From assembly GCF_964355755.1 (NCBI RefSeq), contig NC_092677.1, positions 4,114,101 to 4,178,100 of the forward strand: a stretch of DNA of 64,000 nt, given 5' to 3'. The notes beneath the pieces are model-generated. The model was not told where the DNA came from, ran no database searches, and saw nothing but the letters and a program-made list of their open reading frames with translations. Position numbers and translations under genes: made by a program. Positions 29,901 through 41,900 of the stretch are shown one piece after another. The DNA is from Antedon mediterranea. Its lineage: Eukaryota > Animalia > Echinodermata. The first letter of the stretch is position 1. Every line of letters begins with the position of its first letter.

Positions 29901-32900
29901 CCCATAAAGGGAAAATTATAAACAAATTAAATTTAGTTTAAGCACATACTGTATATAATTACAGTTTAAAATGTTGTTACTGCAGTATAACTGCAGTAGA
30001 ATCATTTATGCAATTTATCAACCTTTTATAATGTGGCCGCAACTTGCTCATCAATTACGGTACACTGTTGATATGTAAATCAATAAATAATTTCCAACAC
30101 TCATACTTTTTTATTTACTATTACAGACACAGGTGAAAATACCTGTCTACCTGATGCAACATTCAATAAAATTTAATTTTACTTGCGTCATATCATACAA
30201 CCTTTGCTACATTTGTTTTCAGTAAAGTAGAATAACAGACAAACCGTTCAAAACAGAAACATTTTTCAAATAGTAATTTACATTCACTTGTCAAAACAAT
30301 AACATCATTTTTAATCACCCACTGTTTTTATTATCATAGCATTTATACTATTTAGTCTAGCTTAGAATAAAAGGTTTTAGCAGAAAGGGCATACACTTAA
30401 TTTATTTAAAATAATAACTGATTTTATCATCAGGGGTGAATTCGAAGGGGTGGGGGGAGGTGGTAGTAAGTGCCAGCCAATTGTAATGTAAAAAATAGGA
30501 CATAAAATTAAACTTGACAACTTCATTTCATCATTTTTAGGCCTGTGATCTTTATTTCAAAAGCACTTCATATCCTTTACTGTACTGTGAAGAACCTCAT
30601 TTTGAGTGTAGTCACTAGTGGACTCAAAAGTGTCCCTTCATGTTGTAAACTGGCATGACAAACAACACGCATTCATCTGTCCACAACACAGGCTGATGGA
30701 CCAACATTGGTGTATTGTGACTTTACTCATTTAAAGAGATGTACTGGGTCCTCCAGTTCTCATATCATAGAAGACTTGACTACCCACAGAAATGTGACAA
30801 TTTTATAGCTATGGTTTTCGGTGCCCCAGCCTAAAGCGATTGGCTACTCACTAAGAAAAAATTCTCCTCAAAAGTAAATTACATTATACTTAATTGATGT
30901 TCAAAGTTATATGTAAGCGTAAAACTCACCTGACATTTTTATGGCGTTTCACATAGAGATTATGAAAATGTGTGGTATTCATTACATTTCTATGTGGCGA
31001 TCGTTGCATAGTCGGCGCCCTCACTCGCTCCATCATCTCTGTTTTCATTTCATAAGCCAGATGCGCAGGCAACACGGAGAGTAACAAACGTTCCTGAAAA
31101 TATCACAAAATATCAAACTAATTTATTTTCAAAAAGTTTTTCCTTAAAAATTTAAAATAGATAACATAAATAAAACTACATTACTATAGAAAATGTTTAT
31201 ATCTTTATAAAAACCCACAGTAAACATGTATCCTTACCATGTGAATGGTTAATTTCACATACCTTTCAAAATTGACTCCCATTTTAACAATTGGAAGCAA
31301 ACATGTGGCCAGTGAGTTTTGAGAGTTCAACCAAATCAGATGTGATGGTAAATAGGCCTTCACGGGGCCTTCACTAGCCTAGGTTGTGTTGTGATAATTT
31401 TTTTATAGAAAAAAGAATACCCTGTACAAATCCTGGCATGGGGCTTGGAAGGTACCATAGAATAAATACCTCTTTGTAAACAATTTTTGTAAACAAGTTG
31501 TTGTGTGTAGATCTAAATATTGCACATGCAGTACATTGAAGGAAACTAACAATCATACGTTATTGCTGTAAGTATATACTGTAGTTACTCAGAATACTGC
31601 AGCAACTGCAGTAGAATACTTTTTACATGATCCCTAATTGCAAAACACATTAAAATACAATTGTATAAACATTTACAGTTAGTAAACACATAAAATTTGT
31701 TGTTATAAATCACTCAAATGAAAAGAGGGAAGAGGACTCAGATGTGGATATAAGGTCAGGACAAGCTGACTGAAAGACGTTTGTTCACAAGATGAATAAT
31801 ACAGACTTTGACATTAAGAGCATTTCCATGATAAATAAAACAAGTCGTAAATAACGCTATTGCCGTCATCAATGTAATCAATTGAGATAATTAAACCATA
31901 ACTTTGGGTAATTACATGACACCCATTCAGGTGTGACTATGTTGTTTGTCGAGAAGACACTAGTTAATTATGCAGCACATAATGTTTTTTATTGCATTGA
32001 AGCGTCAGGAAATGAATTCTACTGTGAATTTTGTGACAACTTTTAAAAAAGACAGTTGAAAATGTCTCAACATATTGGTTGCTGTAATGTTATAAGAATA
32101 TTCGCTTCAACTTTACCTTTGCTATGTCTACACCATCAAACTAGTTTGACAAAAACAGTGTGATCTGCCTAAATATGGTGGTGATATGTTCAAATATGGA
32201 AGTGATATGACATCATCATGTCTTTATATGGGCACATAAAGTTTGATAGTGTAGACAGAACTTCAGATGTGCAGTACTATTCCTAGTAGCACAAACTAAA
32301 CATTCTCAACTTTACTTGAATTGATTTTAGAAAGTAAGACTAATCAGATTATACACCATCAATTTTTAATCAAAACTTGTTTCCAAAAAAATAATAATTA
32401 AATCTATAATCTCATAATACCGGAACAACAATGAAAATCAACTAACAAATGGATTATAGCATGACTATATTAATAAACAAGATAAATAAATTTTTAATTG
32501 AATAAATATTTATATTATAAAAAATATTAGTAAACACTTGGTACCAAAGGTGACATCTTAATAAAGTTTCTACTGAATTATTAATTATTATTGAAAACAA
32601 TTATAATCTGGATGGATTAAAAAAAAAAAAAAAAGCAGGAATTAATAATTTATGGACTTGTGTGAAAATCTTCTTAAGTATCACAGACTTCATAAATCTT
32701 TGATTTTAACTTTCAGAACACTGACCTCACCATCACCAAACTATTCTCATACATGATTGGTCGATTGGAGTTGGAGTAACCCATCCTTTCTTTCCAAAGT
32801 TGTGTTTACAAATTTGGTATAAGCTACCAAAAAACAAGCATCCTCGAATCATGTCAACTGTAACATCTAAACCGAATAACAATTACATTGCACAAAAGTA

Positions 32901-35900
32901 GCACGATTTGCATATAGAATTCTCATAAAGTCCTTGGTTTATATCTGAAACTACTACACTACACAGTTCCAAACGACCTGTGTGGTCCCTGAAAATTTTC
33001 CAGGAGAGGGGAAGGAGGAGCTTTGGCCTCTGTAGTCAAGCTAAATCCAGGTGGATATCCATTAGGAATGATTAAATACAGAGTTACAGACTTCCAGAAA
33101 ATGCATCTCTTTTTTTTAATTCCTAGTCCATCATAAATAACATCACATACTAGACATACTTTTCAATGAATCTGTCAACTGAAATATCAATAAAGTGAGA
33201 AATAAAACATGGAGTTCAAGTATAGTTCAACTAGAGTTATACTTTTTAAAAGGAGTAACAAATCTCAGCTCTTAAAAATAATTTAAATTTTACCACACCA
33301 ATCAAACTTTAAATCTACACTCACAAGCACTTTCAAGTTTGTAGATGAGATATTTACTGATGCGATTTGAGTTAAATCGTTGTTAATGTTGTAATTACTG
33401 AATAAGAATTCACTTTAAAAAAATGAATGATCTTCTAGAACCCAGTGGCATAAGGCAGGTGGAAAAGGCCCCTGGTTTAGCACTCCTAAGGGCCCTCCAA
33501 CGCTGGGTAGTTGCATTGTGGCTGCTTACAGTATGTTCTGGGTCCCTTGAGGCCCCTGTGTTTAGCCAGGAAAGACAAGGCCCCTGGATTTATCCAGGGT
33601 GCACAATGTACATTTTACACTACAGCCAAACATATTCAAGAGATTTCATTAAGGGGACATTTTGTTGGACCCCAAAGGCGGTTCTACTGTATTTGTAAAA
33701 TATAAGATTGAAAACACATAAAACACATCAAAACAATTTAAATTCAAACAGATATAAATTAGCTATAGTTTTTACAATTTTGAAAAGAATCAATACTAAT
33801 AGAATAGAAAATAAGAAATGGATAAATAAATTCTCTAAGATATAACTTCTGCGTGATTCAATTAACTTTGATGGTAAAACTAGATGTGGAATGACTTTTG
33901 AGTCGGTTTACGAGCATTTCTTCAAAGCAATTGTTATCAATGTAATCCGCAGACGAACAAATCATCGTTTCATTGTAGGAAAGAGCTTTATACGCTCTTT
34001 AAATAGGCGTGTTGTAATTTAAATGAAACTATAACTTGATCTAAGTCTTAGACATTAATACCATCAATAAACTACTTAATGTTTTAATACATTTGATAAA
34101 AAAAATGGAAAATGCTATTATTAAAGTATTAAGGTTAAAGTACACCAAAATAATTCCTAAAAAGGAAACAGAGTTGAGAATGTCACAATGTTTACGTTGT
34201 TGTCATGTTATCCCATATTAATCTTCTGCGGTAAATTATGTTATGCAATACATTTTTTATTTCTGTTTTAGCTATTGTATGCACGGTGTGATGTATAAAA
34301 TTGAAGTTCTTTACTATTTGCCATGGAAACCTTTAAATAAAACTGCAAAATATATTGAGCATAAGCAATTCTTTATTCACTGACTAAATATTATACAAAT
34401 AATGAATGTTTATGAATCGAGTGAATATTTTCATGAGTTGAAAAAGGCTTTTAAAGAATGAACACATTCATTATTCTATTGTAACTGTTCTAATGATATA
34501 ATTTTATAATATTATTATTACTATAATATTCAATTAATCTACTGCTTTTATCTTTAATTACTGTTGAATGCTACATAAGTAGCCAGACGCGAGACTAGGC
34601 CATTAAGCAAGATTTTTAGGCCGCAGAGTAGAACACTGGGTTGATTTTCGCTGTGAGATGTTTTCCCGAATGATCGTAAAATCAATCGGGTACTGGGCAT
34701 CATCCAATAGCGTTCGTGTCACCAAGTAGCCACCCATTCATAGAAAGATGTAGGAGTCTATCTTTACAGTTATAGGAGGCGAGACTAGACCAATAAAAGA
34801 CTATTTTAACCACCGAGTAGAACAGTACAAGTTGATTTTCAGATGTCCAACTTTCACTAGACTCGCGTTGCACAAAACGTTTACAAAAAGCTGAATGTGC
34901 AATAGAATGATTTAATAGAACAAAACAGAACTTTATGATGCAATAGAACTGAATGGAGGCATGCAATAGAACTGAATGGAGGCATGCAATAGAACTGAAT
35001 GGAGGCATGCAATAGAACTGAATGGAGGCATGCAATAGAACTGAATGGAGGCATGCAATAGAACTGAATGGAGGCATGCAATAGAACTGAATGGAGGCAT
35101 GCAATAGAACTGAATGGAGGCATGCAATAGAACTGAATGGAGGCATGCAATAGAACTGAATGGAGGCATGCAATAGAACTGAATGGAGGCATGCAATAGA
35201 ACTAGACAGTAACGCTCAAATCTGTGTGCAATGTGGTCATCGTGCATTATCTTATGAAGCTCCTACAGTATGCTTTGGAATTCTCTTCCAAACTGCTTTA
35301 AAGATGCACAGTCTGTGGCTCATTTTACTTGTTTACTTGTTTACTTACTTGTTTACTTGTTTCCGGAGCTCAGCAATGCTGGGTCCGGAGTCGAGGCTAG
35401 GCTATGCCTATAAGCCCCTCTTGATAATTACATCAACTCTTGAATATGGCGCAAATTTAAGAGGGTGGTTGGACCATGCCCGTTCAAGACCGGACTTAAA
35501 TTGATTGGTTGATCTTGAAGCTACTACATCCTCCGATAACGAATTCCATAATATAATAGCTTTTCGACCAAATGAGTCCCTCATCCAATTTGTGCGTGAG
35601 AACTTAAATTTTAATTTAAAAGAATGACCACGTGTTCTAACATCTTCATCACGCTCAAAAAAAGAATCAGCAGAAATACTATCCACTCCATGTAAAATTT
35701 TAAAAATCTGTATCAAATGAGCTCTTTGCCTTCTGTATGCGAGAGTAGGTAGGTTGAGAATTTTCAGCCTTTCTGAATAAGGTAAATGACGAATGGAAAA
35801 AATAAGCTTGGTGGCACGTTCTTGGACTTTTTCCAATAGGTCTTCCTCCTTACAATGTAGCGAGTTAAAAACAACGTTGCAGTATTCCAAGGTCGGACGA

Positions 35901-38900
35901 ATAATAGCTTTATATAAACGAAGAAACCCATCCATATTTAAAAACTTGAAAGCTCGATATACCATGCCCAACTTCCGATTTGCTCTCATTGCTACATCTG
36001 CCACATGTACATTAAAAACAAGTTTAGAGTCAATAGTAACACCGAGGTCTTTTTCATGATCAACTTCATTCAATAAGAAACCACGCATGGCATACAGATG
36101 TTTGTTGTTTTTCTTCCCAAAGTGCATTACTTTGCACTTACCCTCGTTAAAAGGTAATTGCCATTTGTCAGACCAGTCACATGCTTTCTCTAAATCTTCT
36201 TGTAGAACTTGAGCATCATTCACAGTGTTAACTACTCTATACAATTTAGTATCATCTGCAAACATGCGTACAGAGGAGGAAATAACAGAAGGTAAATCAT
36301 TTATAAACATAATGAAAAGAACAGGTCCAACAACGCTTCCTTGCGGGATACCACTACGAACATCAGCCCAATCTGAAACACATCCATTGACACTAACCCG
36401 TTGTTGTCTATCGTTAAGAAATTCTTGAAACCAGTTTAGAAGTTTACCTCTAATACCCAATGCACTCATTTTCAGAAGGAGTCTATGATGAGGCACACTA
36501 TCGAAAGCCTTCTTGTAGTCAAGGTAGATACAATCAAAACAATCCTGATTATCAAAATAAGAAAACCAGTTTTCAAGAACATCAAGTAATTGTAAAGCAC
36601 AGGAACGACCTTGCCGGAAACCAAATTGCTCATAACAAATAAGTGAGTGATGTTCAAGAAAGTCCAATAATTCCTTCCTGATAATTCTCTCCATAATTTT
36701 ACCAACTACTGAAGTTAAACTCACAGGTCTATAGTTGCTTGGGTCAGACTTCACTCCTTTTTTAAAAATCGGTACCACTATAGCCCGTTTCCAACTATTA
36801 GGGACGGCTCCTTCTTGAAACAATTTCGTAAAAATAATATGGAGGGGATAGCAAATGATATCCTTTAGTTCGACTAAGATGCGTGGGTGAATACCATCAG
36901 GTCCAGCTGTTTTAGTAATATTCAACGTTGATAAAATATTTAAGATTTCGTCACAAGGAAAGTCAACTTGAGATAAAAAATCCTCTGAAATGTCATCAAT
37001 AGCCGGTACATTCGAAAAATTTTCATCGACAAATACACTACTAAAAAACGTGTTTAGCAACTCAGCCTTATCCTTGTCATCAGACACATGCCTTCCATTA
37101 CTATCAGTTAAGTTGGGTATACCAGACTTTATATTGATCTGAGAACTGAGATACCTCCAAAAAGACTTTTCATTAGATTTGATCTCAATTGCTATTTTAT
37201 TTTCGAAGTCAGATTTACTACATCGAATCAGATCTACTGTTTGATTTCTTACTTGGACAAACTTCGACCATTTTGCTGACACACATACTTTTTGTTTTCT
37301 CTTGGCCTTTACATACTGTTTCCAACATTTATTCTTTTTGGCAATCTGCTTTTCAATTTTTTTGTTCATCCAAAGAGGTTTTCTTCCGTGGCAAACCTTC
37401 CTCATCGGGATACACTCATCAATATTCTTCGCAAGAATATGCTCGAATTCGTCCCACGATTGAATACCTGATTTGTCATTGAAAACCACATCCCAATCTA
37501 CCAAACCAATTTTCTCGCGCAGCAAATCATAGTTACCATGCCTGTAACTTCGAATATTTGGTTCAATTCTGTCATCTCTTACAAGATCCAATGAAAATTG
37601 TAACACCATATGGTCGCTTTTACCCAGTGGTGGAGACTGCATAATGCCATTTATAGTATTCTCTTTGTCTGTAAAAACCAGATCCAAAACATTGGGTGTT
37701 TCGCCTTCTCTGTATCTAGTAGGTTCCATAACGTGTTGAATTAAAAATAGATCGTTGATGGTGTCAAAGAAACTTCTGCTGGAATCTCCATCTTCCGAAG
37801 ACACACAATTTAATTCCCAGTTAATACTTTTATAGTTAAAATCGCCGACAACGATTAAATCAGAAAAAGATGATTTATATACTTCACGGAACAATGAGTT
37901 CAGCTTGATATTATTATCCATACTACAAGTCGGGCTACGGTAAACACAACCTAATAAAAGATCCGTTTTTACTTCTTTTACTCTAACCCAAACTGACTCT
38001 ACAAACTTATTCTTCTTAAAGAAAATTTGAGAAACTGAAATTCCATTTCTGACATAAATTAAAACACCACGACCAGAAGTAAAATCCTCATTCGAAAAAA
38101 ATGCTTGGTAACCTTGGACACGAAATTCATTTATCAGTGGCGGGTACAAACAATGCTTTGGTAAAATCTCTGTCAATGCAATAAAATCAACTTTTTCTGA
38201 AACCAAACGGGAAAGTAACTCTGACTTCTTATTTAGAAAACCATCACAATTTGAGTACCAAAAGTTAAATTTCTGATTGGAAAACGTACTTTCTTTTAAA
38301 TTAGAGAACTTTCTGTTTTTATTTTCTTTATTGGGAACGAAAAAGCTTCACAATCTTCCCACTTCGGATAACTATGTCTTTCTCACCTGCATCTAATCGC
38401 GTTTTTAATTCACCTTTTAACTTAGTGAATGCTTCTCTTTCTTTCATGGTTCTATCATTACTAACAGCAAAACCCTTTTGAATTGCTAGAGAAAAAACTT
38501 GACGTTTAATAGACTCCTTTCTGAAAACTAATTTCAAAGGCCTCTTAATATCCTTCTCAGCTTTTCCAACACGATAGATAACTTTCATTTCGGCGTCGAT
38601 ATCAACTGAACCGTTACAAAAAGAACGGATAACAGATAAGTCATGTTGTTTGCGGATCATGGGATCACTACTTGTATTTTCCTCAATATTATATAACATT
38701 AGGTTACACCTTCTTCTTTCCTTCTCAGCTTCATCTTCAAATCTCTCATTTATTGCTGTTAACAAATCAATCTTATCAGTTGAATCCTTAGCCTTGAGAT
38801 CAGCAATATCACTTGAATTTCGTGTGATAGTATCATCTATACGTTTTATGTCTTTGAGAATATTTTCTTGTGTTTTACCGATCGTCGACAACGCTTTCAA

Positions 38901-41900
38901 AAAACCACAAGCCGACTTATTACAGGTACGACAATACCAATGAAGGCCCTGTTCACCAGATGAAATAACATCAAATAAAGACTTTCCTACGTCTTGACAT
39001 GAACAATGAAAACAAAACCCACACATGCCACACGTTACTGATTGATTGTCAACAGCTTTACTACAACTACCACATAGGCCTAGATGAGGTATCGAATCAT
39101 CCCCCGCTGGGGTTAACGCCGACCTAAGCTTACGAGCTGTCTTAGGCCTACCACCACCTCCAATATAGCCTCCACTAGCCATCCTTAAAAATCACAACAA
39201 TCCTTGAACAAAAAGGCTTGTTTTCAATGAATCCGTCAAGCAATAATACTAAAGAGCAAATAGCGTTATGTTTTTTAAATACTTGCGATCGAAAAGTGTA
39301 AAAATTATGATAGTAAAAAGATCTCCAGACTACGAAATCACAAACACGACCAACCACCGCTAGTGCGCCCTCTCAACTTAAGAGGCTTCTTAGAAATACT
39401 TGTTTAATAAAGCATATTAATACCATTTTTTTCTCCTTTACCATGTCACCTACAGTAGATTGTTTTAGATCTAGTTTAAGTAGGGGAGGAAGTGCCGGAG
39501 TCCAGGATTACCGAGACACAACTGGTGCTGACTGGGGTTCAATTAGACCAATCCCTGGTTAGCGACAAACGCTTAGGATTATTTCGGTTTAGGGGTGTTT
39601 TTGGCATGGTTGGAATCCCTTTTATCGTATTAGATGTACAGCGCTTAGAGGTTTCACAACATAGGCGCTTTATAAATCTATAAATCTAGGATATTATTAT
39701 TATTATGACTCACCTGTTGGGCTTGCGAATGTTCTAGCTTGATCCTGGATTCTATACAGCTTCTTGTATCTAGAAAAGTACGTCGTTGCGCTATATCCAG
39801 CAAATGTTTATGATACAACCCAGTGAAGTTTACACAAACAAAAATAACTAAATTTGCAAAAATCTGAAATAAACAACCAAAAAAAAAATGTTAGAACAAA
39901 ATTTGTGGAAAAAAATGTCTGTTGTACTGTATTGGAATAAATAATTGTATGGATGAATGTAAAAAAAAAATATAGATTAATAAATAAATATTCAATTAAA
40001 AAATTATTCTATTACTGCAGTAAATATGTATTTGTTCATGTTTAAGCAGTCATTCATCCCCCAATAAATGTTGCTAAATTGTTAAAGCAGTCATTCATCC
40101 CCCAATAAATGTTGCTAAATTGTTGCATAATCAAGTTAAAGCGTAAACTAAATGTAATTACTGCAGTAACAGCAGTACAATTATTTTTGATGTGGACTCC
40201 CACTGAGTAGGACACAATGCAAAGACTTAAGCACAACACAAGTAATTTGACCAATCATGAAGCAATGGACATCCAAACTGTTGCTTGTGATTGGTCATTT
40301 GCGTTGTGTGTATGCCATTGCGTTGCGTAAAAGCCTAAACACCCCGATATAAATAGGTACTCACTTGAAGAAGAATGTCATTGTCCGTTACATTTCTGTT
40401 CTCTTTTGAAAGCACTGCTAATAACACAATATGTGGAAAACAAGTTATAACTCCAATGACCACCGCTTGAATCCGTGACAATGGTAACATCGTGTACACC
40501 AACACAGTAATTAATATAATCGTTCCGACTTCATCGAATGGATAATGCACCTTTTGCAGCGCAATGACTATATATGTCGTTATTACAATGTTTAACCAGA
40601 CTATGATTGAAATAGTTAGCATAAGTCCACGTACAATTGTGTCGAGATTTGTAACGATAAAGAAAACTAAGAATATAAGAGAAGATATAAGTAGTAGACT
40701 AAGCTGCTCCCAACGAAGATGATCCTGTCGACAGAAAACAAGAGATATAAAATGTTATTCTTTTAAATATCCATTTTAAAATAAATAATAAAATTAGTAA
40801 ATAGTCCTTGAAATTGGAATATACATAGTTTTTTTTGCACAGGACTGGTCCAGGGATAGGCCCACAAGAGACATTAAATCTGGTAAAGTTTATCATAAGA
40901 CCTAAAGTGTATTCAAGGACCAATGTATACTGGGCTTGCCTAATACCTTTAAATGTATGGAACGAACGGAAAACAATAAAACAAATTAACTAAATTGATT
41001 TAATAAGATTGTAATAATAATTACTTGTACAGTAATTCAACAAAATACCATATAAAAAAATTTATATGGTATTTTGCCAAATTACAAGTAAGTAATTATG
41101 AGCTACTTAAAATCTTATTGAATACATTTTTCGTAAAATGTAAATTTTTAGAAATTGAGAATTCAGAAAAACCTAAATATCTGGGAGGTCTATATTATAA
41201 TAAACATAACTAGAGTAGAAGAAAAATAAACGATTGTAATTAATAAACCAATTAAAAAACAAACCCATGAGCATAGATGGGTGGAGTAAACAAATTCACC
41301 ACTTAAACAAACATATCAAGTAATACACCTACAGGCAATGATATCATGTGACAGATATAAACTTGAACCTTAGGCCTAGGGATAGCGTTTTCGTAATCTG
41401 TATTCTAAATTTTTTTTAAAACATGCATGGCAAAAGAATGAAACATATTGGTTATTATTCAATTCCTAAATATCATCATATCAATTAAAAAAAACTTTAT
41501 CCCTTTGCTCAAGTTATTTTTAAAAATGACTTAATTAAATTGCATAATCAGACCAATTTTTTGGCCATAATTGATACCTTGAAGATACATGTACTATAGT
41601 AATATTTCTTCTCTAAGTATGAAACAAAGAGTTGAACCAACGACCTAGAGTATGTTAACTTTTAACCATGCAATAGAGCAACCTACCACGCAATAGTAGC
41701 CATTTTAAAGTTGCCAAGAAAACACCAAAAACTTGGAATTTGTCGACTTTTAATTTTGTATCAATGAAACATACACTTTAAATTAAAATATACCTTTACT
41801 AAATCCCTAAAGTAGTCTGGCCGACTATGTCAATTTACCAGAAACAAATATCTATCAACATATATTAATTAATTCCTCTTAATAATCCTTTGATTTTCTG

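Larger units (their letters stand above)
35323..39374 (-). mobile_element. Apparently full-length, intact CR1-clade LINE
   Basis: ~190-nt 5'UTR, PHD ORF1, APE-RT ORF2, short 3'UTR, (AAACAAGT)n octamer tail at ~35323-35362; 5' boundary approximate, no convincing TSD. Confidence 0.93.

Noticed and set aside
34938-35203. CRISPR-like array of 23-bp repeats
   Set aside because: Units are directly adjacent with no spacers, there are no cas genes, and the context is eukaryotic; it is a minisatellite.
34700-35504. Cys/His-rich repetitive ORFs
   Set aside because: Translations of the 23-bp minisatellite and LINE tail.
38204-38206. TTG start of ORF2 given by the ORF track
   Set aside because: The first endonuclease motif (YSNCDG) lies upstream of it; the frame is open from 38347.
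35793-38943. Plus-strand ORFs inside the LINE
   Set aside because: Antisense shadows of ORF1/ORF2 with no recognisable motifs.
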